From assembly GCA_050246315.1 (NCBI GenBank), contig JBFWWG010000007.1, positions 1 to 64,000 of the forward strand: a stretch of 64,000 nt of DNA, in the 5' to 3' direction. The translations under genes were made by a program, and so were the position numbers. This document shows, piece after piece, positions 10,351 to 20,336 of the stretch (position 1 is the first letter of the stretch; the number at the start of each line of letters is the position of its first letter). A model generated the notes under the pieces. That model saw only the letters and a list, made by a program, of their open reading frames with translations, was not told the DNA's origin and did not search any database. The DNA comes from Nitrospiraceae bacterium. GTDB taxonomy: Bacteria; Nitrospirota; Nitrospiria; Nitrospirales; Nitrospiraceae.

Positions 10351-11691
10351 TTATTCCTTCGTGGCCACCAGTTGCACTCGGATCGCGTGTAAACTGTCGG
10401 GGACATGAATCGCCAACACCTGTGATTTTTTGATCTCCTCCCAGAACAGTCCACGGTCGTCTAGCCTGAAATACTGAGTCCCCGTCTTCATCGGCAAGGT
10501 AGCGGGCGGACGGGGCGTATGGTAAAGCCGAACCCCGGGCATGGCCGCGGCCACGATGTCCTTCAATTTACTCGGCGAGCCGATCTTGATGTGTTGTGGA
10601 ATGAGTGTGCGTATCTGATCTTCGGACAAATCACCCGAGGCCATGAGGAAAAACTGCGAAGTGGCGAATAACCGACTCTCAGGAACACGACCGATCCACA
10701 CATTGTCACCCGTGCTCTCGAGCGGAATGGGCACATATCGCGTCGGAGTAGCGCCTTCGATAATCGTCCTGATCCTTCTGTCGAGCTCCTGGAACGACCG
10801 TGCGAGGTCCTCGTGCTCATAGGCCGGGACATTTTGGGAATCTGAAGGAGACACCAGGATCATCAACTGGCCGGCCAGACGGGCCATCGCGAGGTAGAGC
10901 ATCTCCGGATGGACCTTTTCCACACGGCTGAGATGCAACAACACCGGAAGGTGCGATGAAATCGCGGTGACGAGTGCAAACTTGCCAAGATCGCTGCCAA
11001 TGATGTCGAGGGGACCCCGCTGAGCATCGGAGAACGTCGCCAGCTTGGCCGTGAGCAATTCGATCAGACCGCGAAGCATCCGCAAGAGATAGGGGGCAGC
11101 GGAGATCCAGACACAGGGAGGAATATACGTTTCTCGAAGCGCCACCGCTCCCGTCGGCGCCCTCACGAGTTCCGCGATCTTGATCGACACCTGATCAGCA
11201 TCTTCTTCCTCGGCAAAGAGAATACGCACGTTCTTGTGCGCGACCAACACCTCTTGAGGATTGTCGCCGGTCGTGACATCCACGACCTGAATATGCTCGG
11301 TCGCGTATCGGGGGATCCGAGAGCCAGGATCTTTCCCCAACTGACAGTTGATGCCGTCCGCCCGATCGATCGGCACACTCAGGTACACATTCAGATGCTC
11401 CATCGAGGTCGAAAACCGGTCGGCGAACACCCGCGTCTGCGGCGCGAGATCCTCATCCGGAATTCGGATTACCAAGCCATCTGGCAGGATGCACGTGCAC
11501 GACAACAGGGTAAACCGTCCGTTACTGAGGCCATCATGATCGATATCGAGTTCCGCGATCCCCCACCCAAAAGTCGTCAGAGCCTGTAGTCGTTGCGACA
11601 GGAGGTTGTCGGAATATCGATCCCACTGCTGAAAGAGCTGAGGGGTCAGCAACATCCCCTCGCTCCATACGACCCGCTTGGTTATATCCAT
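10351..11691 (-). CDS. tssK: T6SS baseplate subunit TssK
   Basis: VVWSEGMLLTPQLFQQ, YIPP, HPEMLY, YEHEDL. Confidence 0.96.
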   Translation of the reverse strand: MDITKRVVWSEGMLLTPQLFQQWDRYSDNLLSQRLQALTTFGWGIAELDIDHDGLSNGRFTLLSCTCILPDGLVIRIPDEDLAPQTRVFADRFSTSMEHLNVYLSVPIDRADGINCQLGKDPGSRIPRYATEHIQVVDVTTGDNPQEVLVAHKNVRILFAEEEDADQVSIKIAELVRAPTGAVALRETYIPPCVWISAAPYLLRMLRGLIELLTAKLATFSDAQRGPLDIIGSDLGKFALVTAISSHLPVLLHLSRVEKVHPEMLYLAMARLAGQLMILVSPSDSQNVPAYEHEDLARSFQELDRRIRTIIEGATPTRYVPIPLESTGDNVWIGRVPESRLFATSQFFLMASGDLSEDQIRTLIPQHIKIGSPSKLKDIVAAAMPGVRLYHTPRPPATLPMKTGTQYFRLDDRGLFWEEIKKSQVLAIHVPDSLHAIRVQLVATKE

Positions 11692-11716
11692 AAGCTTTCA
11701 GTCGTCTCTTCTATGG

Positions 11717-12256
11717 TTAATCGTCCAGCTTGACGCGATAGTGCTCCAGCACCATTCTGATCTTGGGGGTAAACGGATTCCACCATGACGATTCCGCCCG
11801 CACGACTTGCTTCCAAGATTCCATATCGGGCTTACGAAACAGGGCCATGACCCCGATATACTCGGCGCCATTCTTCTTCTGCAGATCGATCTCCACAACG
11901 GATTTGGCATCAGGGAATACCGTCAACTCCTTTCGCTCCAACATATCGCCATCGAGCACGTCCCTGTCGTTCTTCCAGAGAGCCTTGAACTCGGCTTGCT
12001 GAAACCTCCCGGGCGCTTTCAATTGATAGAGACGCACCACAACCGGCAGCCCGGCGCCGGAGTCGTCCTGATTGAGCGATTTCGTGGTCGTCAGCATCAC
12101 CCGCCAACGTTGCGTATCGCTGCTGCAGGCGCTCGTGAGCACGACGCTGCAACAGAGCAGCACGGCGGTCGCAAGAGTCGCAGCGCTACTTGCGCGGCTT
12201 GGTCTTTTGCACGGCCAGATATCCCCGTGCGAAGTATGGAGCCAGGATTGTCTCAA
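11717..12256 (-). CDS. tssJ: T6SS lipoprotein TssJ
   Basis: Lipobox LTSAC; LNQD..LPVVVRLYQLK..F, YIGVMALFR; start codon uncertain. Confidence 0.9.
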   Translation of the reverse strand: MRQSWLHTSHGDIWPCKRPSRASSAATLATAVLLCCSVVLTSACSSDTQRWRVMLTTTKSLNQDDSGAGLPVVVRLYQLKAPGRFQQAEFKALWKNDRDVLDGDMLERKELTVFPDAKSVVEIDLQKKNGAEYIGVMALFRKPDMESWKQVVRAESSWWNPFTPKIRMVLEHYRVKLDD

Positions 12257-13457
12257 ACAGTTTCACCTCCTCCTCCGAAAATTTTTCATGCTTCTCCTTG
12301 AACGCTTTCCAGGCTTCTGCACTCTTCTTCATCTGAGCCCGTTCAAAGAACGGAGCGCTTTGCTTGCCCGCCAGGCCTGGTTTTTCTCCCTCAAACGTGC
12401 TCGGAGCAAACTCTTTGAGCAATCCACGCAAGCATTCCTGCATCCCCGCCAACAATCCAATTTGATGTAACAGAAGATCCTGGAACACCTCCCGGAGCTG
12501 GCCCTCCAATCGTTCATCTACAATTTCGCTCCCCCGAGGATCCAACAAGGCTCGTCCGATCTCCTGTTCGGTCTCAAGACACTTGATCAAATTGGGGCTC
12601 CACGACAAAATCCGCGTCGCATCGACTTCGAGTTCCCTCTGAAATTCCCGCCGGCCCTTCAGGGCATCAGCCAGACTCTTAAACGTCACCTCGAGCACTC
12701 GGGCCATACGGGTCAGCGCTCGAGCCGAATCTTCCGGGGAGAGTGGCATCGCTAACGTGGGACAGTAGCGACCGACGATGGCGCTCAAGAGTTGTGCTAC
12801 GGATCCAATCTCACGAATTTCCTTTTGTTGGGAACGCAGCGGCGGCTGCGGAACCTGGCCGCCTGTTGTGATCCGATCTGGGTTTGAGACAGCGAACTTT
12901 CTCTTGAGCGCATGGATCATGGCCCTGGCCTGTTCCGTCCGGAGCGATCGCACGTTCTGACGAAGTAGCTCGGCCATTTCTGGAACCCGTTCGTCATCAC
13001 CGCTTGGCCCGCCTTCGGAATAGGATTGCCGCAAAAGGTAGGCGAGACGATCAACGGTTTCGTCCCCTGCAATCCCGGGAGTCTCCCGGAACGTGGTACC
13101 AGGGGCCGCACCGGATGGTTGATGTGGCCCCGAGACTTCCAGGCTGGTCCTGAAGGTCAGGACAAAGCCACCAACCCCGATACAATCGCCGTCTGTTAGC
13201 GGACATTCCTTGTCCGGCGGTATCCGCCTGTCGTTCAGAAAGGTTCCGTTCGTGCTTCTCGTATCGACCAGGACCCAGTGATCATCCTTGCGACGAATTT
13301 CTGCATGTCGGGACGACACCGCTCGCCGCACGTCCTTGAGGATAAGGTCACAGGTTGCGGCACGCCCGATCGTGACGATCGGCTTGTCGAATGATCGTTC
13401 CTCGACCGCCGCATGTGGGGACTCCGTGCCTGGTCCAACGAGCAATGTGAATGGCAT
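12186..13457 (-). CDS. tagH: T6SS FHA-domain protein (Fha/TagH)
   Basis: ATG at 13457 lies 2 nt after the upstream stop; FHA motifs IGR, VSSRHA, STNGTFLN; TagH-like C-terminus (DLLLHQIGLLAG, F...Y). Confidence 0.9.
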   Translation of the reverse strand: MPFTLLVGPGTESPHAAVEERSFDKPIVTIGRAATCDLILKDVRRAVSSRHAEIRRKDDHWVLVDTRSTNGTFLNDRRIPPDKECPLTDGDCIGVGGFVLTFRTSLEVSGPHQPSGAAPGTTFRETPGIAGDETVDRLAYLLRQSYSEGGPSGDDERVPEMAELLRQNVRSLRTEQARAMIHALKRKFAVSNPDRITTGGQVPQPPLRSQQKEIREIGSVAQLLSAIVGRYCPTLAMPLSPEDSARALTRMARVLEVTFKSLADALKGRREFQRELEVDATRILSWSPNLIKCLETEQEIGRALLDPRGSEIVDERLEGQLREVFQDLLLHQIGLLAGMQECLRGLLKEFAPSTFEGEKPGLAGKQSAPFFERAQMKKSAEAWKAFKEKHEKFSEEEVKLFETILAPYFARGYLAVQKTKPRK

Positions 13458-13458
13458 A

Positions 13459-14799
13459 TCACTGCAGTGCGCCTCGATCGATTTCAGCCAGCACCTGCTC
13501 ACATGCCCGTTGAATATCGATCTCTCGCTGCTCAGACTCAAACAACTCAACCCTCGTGCGGGCGGCAAGATGAGCCACTTCCCTCAGGACGAACGCGATC
13601 GGACTCACGGGCTCGTGTCCCAAATCCTTGCCGGCTTGCGCTCGGAACCCAAAGCCGGAGACCGGCGATAAACACCGCGCGACCAGAATGAGCCCGTCGA
13701 GCCAGAGCTCATCTGGAACCCCCGGATTCCGTAACATCCGGGCCATTTCCCGAAATCGCTCCCCTAGGCGTGTGTGCCTGATATACGCATCGTCCGGATC
13801 CATGCTCTCCACAGCAGGCGTCATCCGGTTGACAAGCTCTCGAACCTGACTGACAGCTTCGGGAAAGTCCCGGCCAGCCGGTGCCACCAAACTCCGCAAC
13901 AGGAGCATGGCGAGACTGTCCAAATCAGACGACAGGGGAAACGCCCGAAAGAGGGCCACATGAGTATCCGGAAGCACCTGTTGGTTCAATTTGACGAGCA
14001 AGTTCCCCACCTCGTTTGGGACGGTCTCTGTCACCCCGCTGACGATCACCCCGCGTTCCGGAGCGTCAATGGTTCTCGCCCATACCGACACGACTCTAGA
14101 GGCTCCATGAACCGGGAGGCTGACTTTGAAGACGTCGTGCGTCGTGAATTCTCGAGCTGGAAGTTGTTCAGTGACGAGATGGAGCCTGACAAGGGCTTGC
14201 ATCTCCCCTTCCGCATCATGAGGCATCAGATCCACGGACTGCACCAGGGCCGTTGTCATGACCTCACGACCAAGCGGCCATTCCCGCACGACTAGGGGCG
14301 CGTAGATCTGGTCGACGTGATCCGGTATCGGGACCAGCTCGGAGGCCATCTCATGCGGGATCTCATCGAGCAAGGGCGACGAAGGCACCGGACTCGACAC
14401 CACGCTGACGCCGAAGCGCCACCATTGCGGCAACCAGGTATCGCGCCAAGCCTGAGGCGTGACCCGTACGCAAGTTGGAGTAAGGGCTAGGATGGGACGA
14501 CCTGTGGACGCATGGGCATGCAGGACCACTCGGCAGAGCAACTCAAACAGATTGAGCTTGAGCCAATAGCGTTCCAGCGTCCGCCGTGAAGGATCGAGAT
14601 CGAATAAGAACATCCCGGCAAGCCGAGACGAGAGAACCTCCGCATCCGATGCTTCCTGCATCGCCTCTGCACCGTTGGACTCCGGCCACGGCCGGGCATT
14701 CCTATCCGAAGGAACCCCACTCAGCCGGTCACAAAAGGTATCCCAGTTAAAGGAAGAGGCTGAGGCAGGTCCCATACTCCATCCTTCCGGATGAGTCAT
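13459..14799 (-). CDS. Hypothetical T6SS-operon leader protein with degenerate Ser/Thr-kinase C-lobe-like motifs
   Basis: 446 aa, tightly coupled to fha; LCRVVLHAH..PILALTPTCVRV, IYAP and SDLDSLAMLL resemble kinase subdomains VIa/VIb, VIII and IX. Confidence 0.65.
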   Translation of the reverse strand: MTHPEGWSMGPASASSFNWDTFCDRLSGVPSDRNARPWPESNGAEAMQEASDAEVLSSRLAGMFLFDLDPSRRTLERYWLKLNLFELLCRVVLHAHASTGRPILALTPTCVRVTPQAWRDTWLPQWWRFGVSVVSSPVPSSPLLDEIPHEMASELVPIPDHVDQIYAPLVVREWPLGREVMTTALVQSVDLMPHDAEGEMQALVRLHLVTEQLPAREFTTHDVFKVSLPVHGASRVVSVWARTIDAPERGVIVSGVTETVPNEVGNLLVKLNQQVLPDTHVALFRAFPLSSDLDSLAMLLLRSLVAPAGRDFPEAVSQVRELVNRMTPAVESMDPDDAYIRHTRLGERFREMARMLRNPGVPDELWLDGLILVARCLSPVSGFGFRAQAGKDLGHEPVSPIAFVLREVAHLAARTRVELFESEQREIDIQRACEQVLAEIDRGALQ

Positions 14800-15097
14800 G
14801 TGGTCGCTTGAAGTCGGGCGGTGACCAATAATGGCACCGGCACGGAGACCCTACACAGACGCGGAAAGACGAATGAGCCCAAAGTAACGGCAGCAGCCGA
14901 TTCTCGTGCCTAGTTGAGGAAGCGAAGGGTACGAGTTCCCGCACGAGAAATCAAGCAGTTGGGCCACGGAATGGAGCGTAGGGCTCGGGATTGAACGATC
15001 TCAAAATACTTGTATTTACTAATCGTCGTGCTTTGCCTCCTGATTTCCGGCTCTGGACGGTAGGATGGTCTCACATCGTGGGGTATTCCAGGGCCTC

Positions 15098-17242
15098 TCA
15101 CCGCGAAACCTCATCGCGGGCAGAGCTTTCCTGCAGGATTTCGGAGCACGGCTTGGGTCGCATCAGGTGTGGAGGGAGTCGAGTGTCCTTGTCGACACAT
15201 GCGCCGTCAAGTTGGCCCTGGGTGAGGTCAATGGCATATTCCAAATTTGCGCTTTGAAGTTGGGCGTGGTGAAGACTGGCTCCGCTCAGGACCGCGGCAC
15301 GGAGGTCGGCTTTATGCAAGTTCGCTCGCGAGAGATCGGCTCGTTTTAGGAGTGCCCCCATCAGCTTTGCTCGCTGGAGTTGGGCTCCGATCATGACCGC
15401 CTGCTCCAGATGCACTCCTCGCAAGTCCGCATCCGACAAATCGGCAAAGTTGAGATTGGCCTGTTGCAGATCTGTCGGCTGCAGATCTTCATCTTCCTCC
15501 AGCCTCATCAACTGGGACTCAACCTCCAGCGATTCCTGCATGACTCGTACTTGTGCAATCCCGATATCCGTCAGTTTTTCGAGGGCAGTCACGCTCTTTT
15601 CCAGGAGTTCTTGAGTCTTTTCGAGCAGGAGTCTCGTGTTCGCGTCCTTCAGCACGCCGAACCTAACCCCCTGGAGATAAGCTCGCCGTAAATTCGCGCG
15701 TTCCAAGCGGGCTCCCCGAAGATCCGCTCCTTGCAGTTGAGCCTCGACGAGTTTGGCCTGACGCAGATCGGCCTCACGAAGATCAGCTTTGACCATAAAG
15801 GCCCGCATGGCCGATGCCCGGCGCAAATCAGCTCGTTTCAATTGGGCCCCGTGAACGATCCGAATCAAGTCGGCCTCATCGCGGAGGAACCAATTCTCCG
15901 GTTTGCTCGAGACGTCCTGCTCGACGAGATTGGCGTGAGTTCTGAAACCAATCGCCTGAAGCAGGCTTGGGGTAAGAGATCGAAACTCCGCCACTGCCCA
16001 CCGGTGTGGCGCCTCAGTGAATCGAGCGGGATGGATGGCGGCAGACTCGTCCGTCGCATCGTTCATGGCTCCGTCGGATACGAGCAACAAGAGAAGGCAG
16101 ACGGCCCCTGCCGGCAGGAGAAATGCGACGGCCCTTCCCACAGTTGTCTTGGTCACGAGAGATCGAGCCCGCCTCGAATCCGGCATCGCAGGAGACTCGA
16201 GCCGCCCCTGAAGAATCGACCGAGCCTGCCGTTGCAGCCATAAAGCGCAGGCAAACGTGAAACTCAACAGCACGATATGCACCAGCGTGCCGTTCCAGTC
16301 GTGGCGGGTTAAGTATCTGAGCCAGAAGAGGACCAAGGTCAACGGAACCAGCCACCAGACGAGAATGGCCGACGCGACGACTTCAAAGGCGGACACAAAT
16401 GACGGGGCGAGACGAAGCCGTCCGACGAACTTCCGCACGATGCCGTTGGGCAGCCATGGATAGGCCCGCTCATCCAGCGGCCGTCCGTCCGGGAATATGG
16501 CGGGCAAATCGGCAAGATAATGCCAGAGGCGCAACACATATAAATGGAAGTAAATGTACAGCGCCACTAACGCCGCCGGGGCCAGCCAATAAAATCCCGC
16601 AATCGGAATGTCCGCCTGAATGATGGGAAGCGGAGAGGTGCGAGAATTCGTCAGGAGTCGGGCGTCGGTCGTCGTCGCAATGGTCAAACAGGCGTAGGCG
16701 CACCCCATCAGCATCGTGGTGAGCAAGGCTCCCGCTTTTTTCGAGAGCTCTCCCACATAGGTCAGAGATTCGAACTGATCCACCCCTTCAGGCATCGTGG
16801 TCCCGGAAAGATTCGTCCCCGCGAGCTGTGCCACTGAGAGACCAACCGCCCCCGCAAGATTGGCCTCCTGCAGACCGGCATGGCGCAACCTGGCGCCATT
16901 CAGGCAAGCGCCAGACAGATCACTGCGCACGAGTTCAGCATGTGAGAGGTTGGCATCGACAAGATGAGCCTTGGATAAATTCGCCTCGGTCAGACAGGTC
17001 TCTGTAAGGTTGGCGCCAACCAGACTCGCCCCGGACAGGTTGGCGCCTGGCAACGAGGCTCCGGACAAATCGGCAGAATCGAGTAATGCCCGGCTGAGAT
17101 TCACATGAGGGAGTTCGACCCGTCGCAGCACGGCGGAACGAAGATCAGCCCGCTCGCCGGTCGAGCCGTTGGATTGGAGCCACTCTCCATGAGCCTGCAG
17201 GACACCCTTCAAGGCCTCATACGAGAAGGAATCTGTACGCAT
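15098..17242 (-). CDS. Membrane pentapeptide-repeat protein
   Basis: A(D/N)Lxx repeat blocks at both ends, ~5 central hydrophobic helices; start could be 17251, 17248 or 17242. Confidence 0.9.
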   Translation of the reverse strand: MRTDSFSYEALKGVLQAHGEWLQSNGSTGERADLRSAVLRRVELPHVNLSRALLDSADLSGASLPGANLSGASLVGANLTETCLTEANLSKAHLVDANLSHAELVRSDLSGACLNGARLRHAGLQEANLAGAVGLSVAQLAGTNLSGTTMPEGVDQFESLTYVGELSKKAGALLTTMLMGCAYACLTIATTTDARLLTNSRTSPLPIIQADIPIAGFYWLAPAALVALYIYFHLYVLRLWHYLADLPAIFPDGRPLDERAYPWLPNGIVRKFVGRLRLAPSFVSAFEVVASAILVWWLVPLTLVLFWLRYLTRHDWNGTLVHIVLLSFTFACALWLQRQARSILQGRLESPAMPDSRRARSLVTKTTVGRAVAFLLPAGAVCLLLLLVSDGAMNDATDESAAIHPARFTEAPHRWAVAEFRSLTPSLLQAIGFRTHANLVEQDVSSKPENWFLRDEADLIRIVHGAQLKRADLRRASAMRAFMVKADLREADLRQAKLVEAQLQGADLRGARLERANLRRAYLQGVRFGVLKDANTRLLLEKTQELLEKSVTALEKLTDIGIAQVRVMQESLEVESQLMRLEEDEDLQPTDLQQANLNFADLSDADLRGVHLEQAVMIGAQLQRAKLMGALLKRADLSRANLHKADLRAAVLSGASLHHAQLQSANLEYAIDLTQGQLDGACVDKDTRLPPHLMRPKPCSEILQESSARDEVSR

Positions 17243-17416
17243 GACGACCAATCCACCGAATTCCCGTTACAGGGGAGGCGTGAAAAGGCGACGCAAAATA
17301 TCATGCGCAAAAGAGGACAGGCAAATATCTGCCGTTGGAGTTGATACCCGGCGAGGGGTTGGCGATCCTCGCGCTATCCGATCAAGCGCTGATATTATTG
17401 CCCAAACAAAGGTAGC

Positions 17417-17632
17417 TAGCCCGAATTATTCATGACGATTCGTCGCGAAATCGCGTAGTCGCCACGCGAGACGAGCGCGCGGAGCCGCGAAGGCCCGATG
17501 CATACTTGAAACAGTATGTTGAGGGGCTGAACGGCGAGCCCGCTCGCCTGCATGTCGTGGAACCCGCATGCAGGCCTGTCGTAGCGGCGAATCCGCGATT
17601 GCAGCAGAAGCGTTCATGAATAATGCGGGCTA
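17417..17632. repeat. Miniature inverted-repeat element, family 1 (ERIC-like), long copy
   Basis: TAGCCCGAATTATTCATGA...TCATGAATAATGCGGGCTA, with CTAG at both boundaries; internal hairpins GCATAC/GTATGT and GCCTGCATG/CATGCAGGC. Confidence 0.85.
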
Positions 17633-18215
17633 GGCTGTTTGGCCTTGACGAGGTGAAGCCTAAGGCATCTATCAAGTGCAGCTCGACGCATAGACGATGG
17701 CAGAGACAAGACAAAATGGTCCAATTTCCCTAGCCGTCGAGGCGGAGGCACCGATGGCGTTCACTCCGAAACGGCATCAGCCACAGGGAGCACCTATGCG
17801 CCGAATTAGTCCGTGAGATGGCAACGCCGTGAACCTGCTGCCAGGGCCTGCTGAATTGCTCGTGGCTCGGATACCACAAGAGGCAGATCCCATCCGCCGT
17901 TGTTGCCCTTTGCGCCAGTCGCTAGGTCGGCCTTGTGGAATTTCACGTCAACAACCTCCCCAAGCCAGTCCAGCCTAGAACCGCAACTCTGTCCATCACT
18001 TCAGGATTTGCAACTTGGACGGGGACATTGCCCACGGCACGGTCCTGGCTTGGTCTGATCTCGTCGAAGAGTCGAAGAAAGAATGGATGAGCAATCATCA
18101 GGATTCAGTCAGCAAGTGTTAATACGTTTTGCCTGATGCATGGAAGCGAATCCTTCGAAGAGGCGCGGCCTCTCTAGCCCGATCGTCATGGTTTCTCAAC
18201 CCTAGGAGGTTGGGC

Positions 18216-19493
18216 ATGGTGTCTTCGCATGATGAAAGGCAAGAGCGCCTGGCCTCCCGAAGGCCTGTCGGCTTGAACGGGTGGAACAGCGCCTGGCTCC
18301 TGGCTGCCTGTTGGATGACTGCCTGCGCAACCGCCCCCCATGTGACCAAGTATGAGGAAGGGGTTGCACTCGAAAAAGCAGGCAACTCTGATGAGGCCAT
18401 GACCGCCTACTATGCGGCATTGGAGACCGCGCCAGGACTGATCGAGGCCCGCCAAAATCTCGGGGCCATATATTACGACCGCAAGGAATACGATAAGGCG
18501 GAACGTGAGTTCCGACTCGTGCTCGCACAGGATGCCGAGCAGGTGACCGCCCGGGAAAATCTGGCCCTTACGCTCGAGGCCAAAGGCGGTTTCGAAGAGG
18601 AGGCGCTCCAACAGTGGCAGACCGCCCTCGCGCGCGAGCAGCGCCCTGAGTGGAAAAACTATGGCCGCGCCTCGGTCAAACGATTGGAGAAGAAGATTCA
18701 AGCCGAGGCCCTGGCGCCGCCGAGCGACGTGGATCGGATTCCCACCTTCGCCGCCAAGCCTCGGCCCAACGACGTGGCTCTCATCATCGGCATCGAGCGC
18801 TACCAAAGGCTCAACCTTGCACGCCATGCCAAGGCCGATGCGGAGATCGTCGCCAGGTATCTCCGTGCGCTCGGCTACCCGGCGCGCAATGTGGAAGTGC
18901 TGTTCAACGACCAGGCCACGCTGACCGGCCTCAAGGTCGCGGTGGAGTCCTGGCTGCCCAGCCGCGTCAAAAGCGACAGCCGCGTCCTCGTCTATTACGC
19001 GGGCCACGGCTCGCCCGACCCGGTCACGGGGGAAGCCTATCTCATGCCGCATGATGGCGACCCGGCCTTATTGAAAGAGACCGCCTACCCGCTGAAAACG
19101 CTCTACGCCAAGCTTGCCGATCTCAAGGTCGGCCAGGTCCTCGTCACGTTGGATTCCTGCTTCTCGGGACAAGGGGGCCGTTCCGTCATGATGGAGGGAC
19201 GCCCGGCTGTGGCCAAGATTGACGACCCGGTGCTGGCCTCCCCGCACTTGGCGGTGCTTTCGGCATCCCAGGGGACGCAGATCAGCACCATGTCGCGGGA
19301 GAAACGGCATGGCATCTTTACCTATCATTTCCTCAAAGCGATTCAGGATGGCAAAACGCAGCTCGGCGAGATTTACGACTATCTCGGTCCTCGGGTGGAG
19401 GATGAGGCGAAATTGCAGAATGTCCAGCAAGCCCCGGCCTTACGACCCGCGGACGCAACCGTGCGCCGATTTACCTTGTGGGAGAAGGGATAA
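18216..19493 (+). CDS. TPR + caspase-family (peptidase C14) lipoprotein
   Basis: AGGAGG before the ATG at 18216; lipobox-like WMTAC; TPRs (ARQNLGAIYY, ARENLALTL); ALIIGIERY, catalytic YYAGHG and LDSCFSG. Confidence 0.9.
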   Translation: MVSSHDERQERLASRRPVGLNGWNSAWLLAACWMTACATAPHVTKYEEGVALEKAGNSDEAMTAYYAALETAPGLIEARQNLGAIYYDRKEYDKAEREFRLVLAQDAEQVTARENLALTLEAKGGFEEEALQQWQTALAREQRPEWKNYGRASVKRLEKKIQAEALAPPSDVDRIPTFAAKPRPNDVALIIGIERYQRLNLARHAKADAEIVARYLRALGYPARNVEVLFNDQATLTGLKVAVESWLPSRVKSDSRVLVYYAGHGSPDPVTGEAYLMPHDGDPALLKETAYPLKTLYAKLADLKVGQVLVTLDSCFSGQGGRSVMMEGRPAVAKIDDPVLASPHLAVLSASQGTQISTMSREKRHGIFTYHFLKAIQDGKTQLGEIYDYLGPRVEDEAKLQNVQQAPALRPADATVRRFTLWEKG

Positions 19494-19499
19494 GTCTCG

Positions 19500-20330
19500 G
19501 TGACCAGCCATGCACGAACTCGCATGCCACTCGCCCTCGCGGTCCTGGCCCTCCTCATGGCCGCATCCAGCTCATCGCAGGCCATGGCGGAAGACTGCCG
19601 CTGGGGACAGGGAGTCGGCCGTGTGGCCGCCGACGTGTTGAGCACCGCCGAGGCCCGGCAACTCGCGCTCCGCCAAGCGCGATCCGCCGCGATCGTCGAT
19701 GCGCTCGGGGTCGAGGTGAAGTCCGCGACGCTCGTCCGCGACTACATGCTGGCGGCCGATTTCGTCCGCACGCTCGTGATGGGCTACGTCACGCGGGAGC
19801 AGGTGGTGAAGTGGGACCAGGAACGGTATCAGCCGACCCCCAAGAACAGTCCGATCCCGATCTTGCGCGTGACCCTGCGTGCCTGTGTCCTACCGGTGGC
19901 GAAGAAGCGGGACCCGGGCTTCACGCTCACCGCGAAGCTGGACAAAGTGGTTTACACACCCGGCGACAAGGCGCGGCTCGAAGTCCACAGCACCAGGCCC
20001 GCGCACGTGACCATTTTCAATCTCACCGATGATGACCACATTCGCCTCTACGGCGGACCGGCGATGGGGCTGCCCTTGCAGGTCTTGCCCGGCGTACCGG
20101 GGCGATTCCCTCCACCAGGTGTGTCGCTGGTCATGGAATTGCCGCCAGGCCAGGTGCGCGCGTCCGAAGCCTTCATCCTCGTGGCGACCAAAGCCGCAGA
20201 TCGGATTCAGTTGCCGCTGACCGGCAACCCGGAGGCGATCCTCTCGCTCGCAGACTTCTATCATCGCCTGTCCGTGGTGCAGGCCGACATCATCGAGGAG
20301 ATCGTTCCATATGCCATTACTGGGAGATAA
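19500..20330 (+). CDS. Exported protein, LPP20/FlgT-N-like domain + DUF4384-like domain
   Basis: Signal peptide; ARQLALRQARSAAIVDALGVEV; DKVVYTPGD..V.STRPAHVTIF..EAFILVATK. Confidence 0.65.
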   Translation: MTSHARTRMPLALAVLALLMAASSSSQAMAEDCRWGQGVGRVAADVLSTAEARQLALRQARSAAIVDALGVEVKSATLVRDYMLAADFVRTLVMGYVTREQVVKWDQERYQPTPKNSPIPILRVTLRACVLPVAKKRDPGFTLTAKLDKVVYTPGDKARLEVHSTRPAHVTIFNLTDDDHIRLYGGPAMGLPLQVLPGVPGRFPPPGVSLVMELPPGQVRASEAFILVATKAADRIQLPLTGNPEAILSLADFYHRLSVVQADIIEEIVPYAITGR

Positions 20331-20336
20331 CGCGGA

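Noticed and set aside
14800..15097. Frameshifted kinase N-lobe upstream of the pseudokinase candidate
   Set aside because: The short ORFs here show no Gly-loop or VAIK-like motif; more likely promoter region
17426..17617. 63-aa ORF MNASAAIAD..
   Set aside because: Lies wholly inside a repeat element whose terminus supplies the ATG
18035..18050. Sigma54 promoter CGGCAC-N5-TGGCT (and TGGCAC-N5-GTGAA near 30345, minus strand)
   Set aside because: Each deviates from TGGCAC-N5-TTGC at key positions; too weak to call
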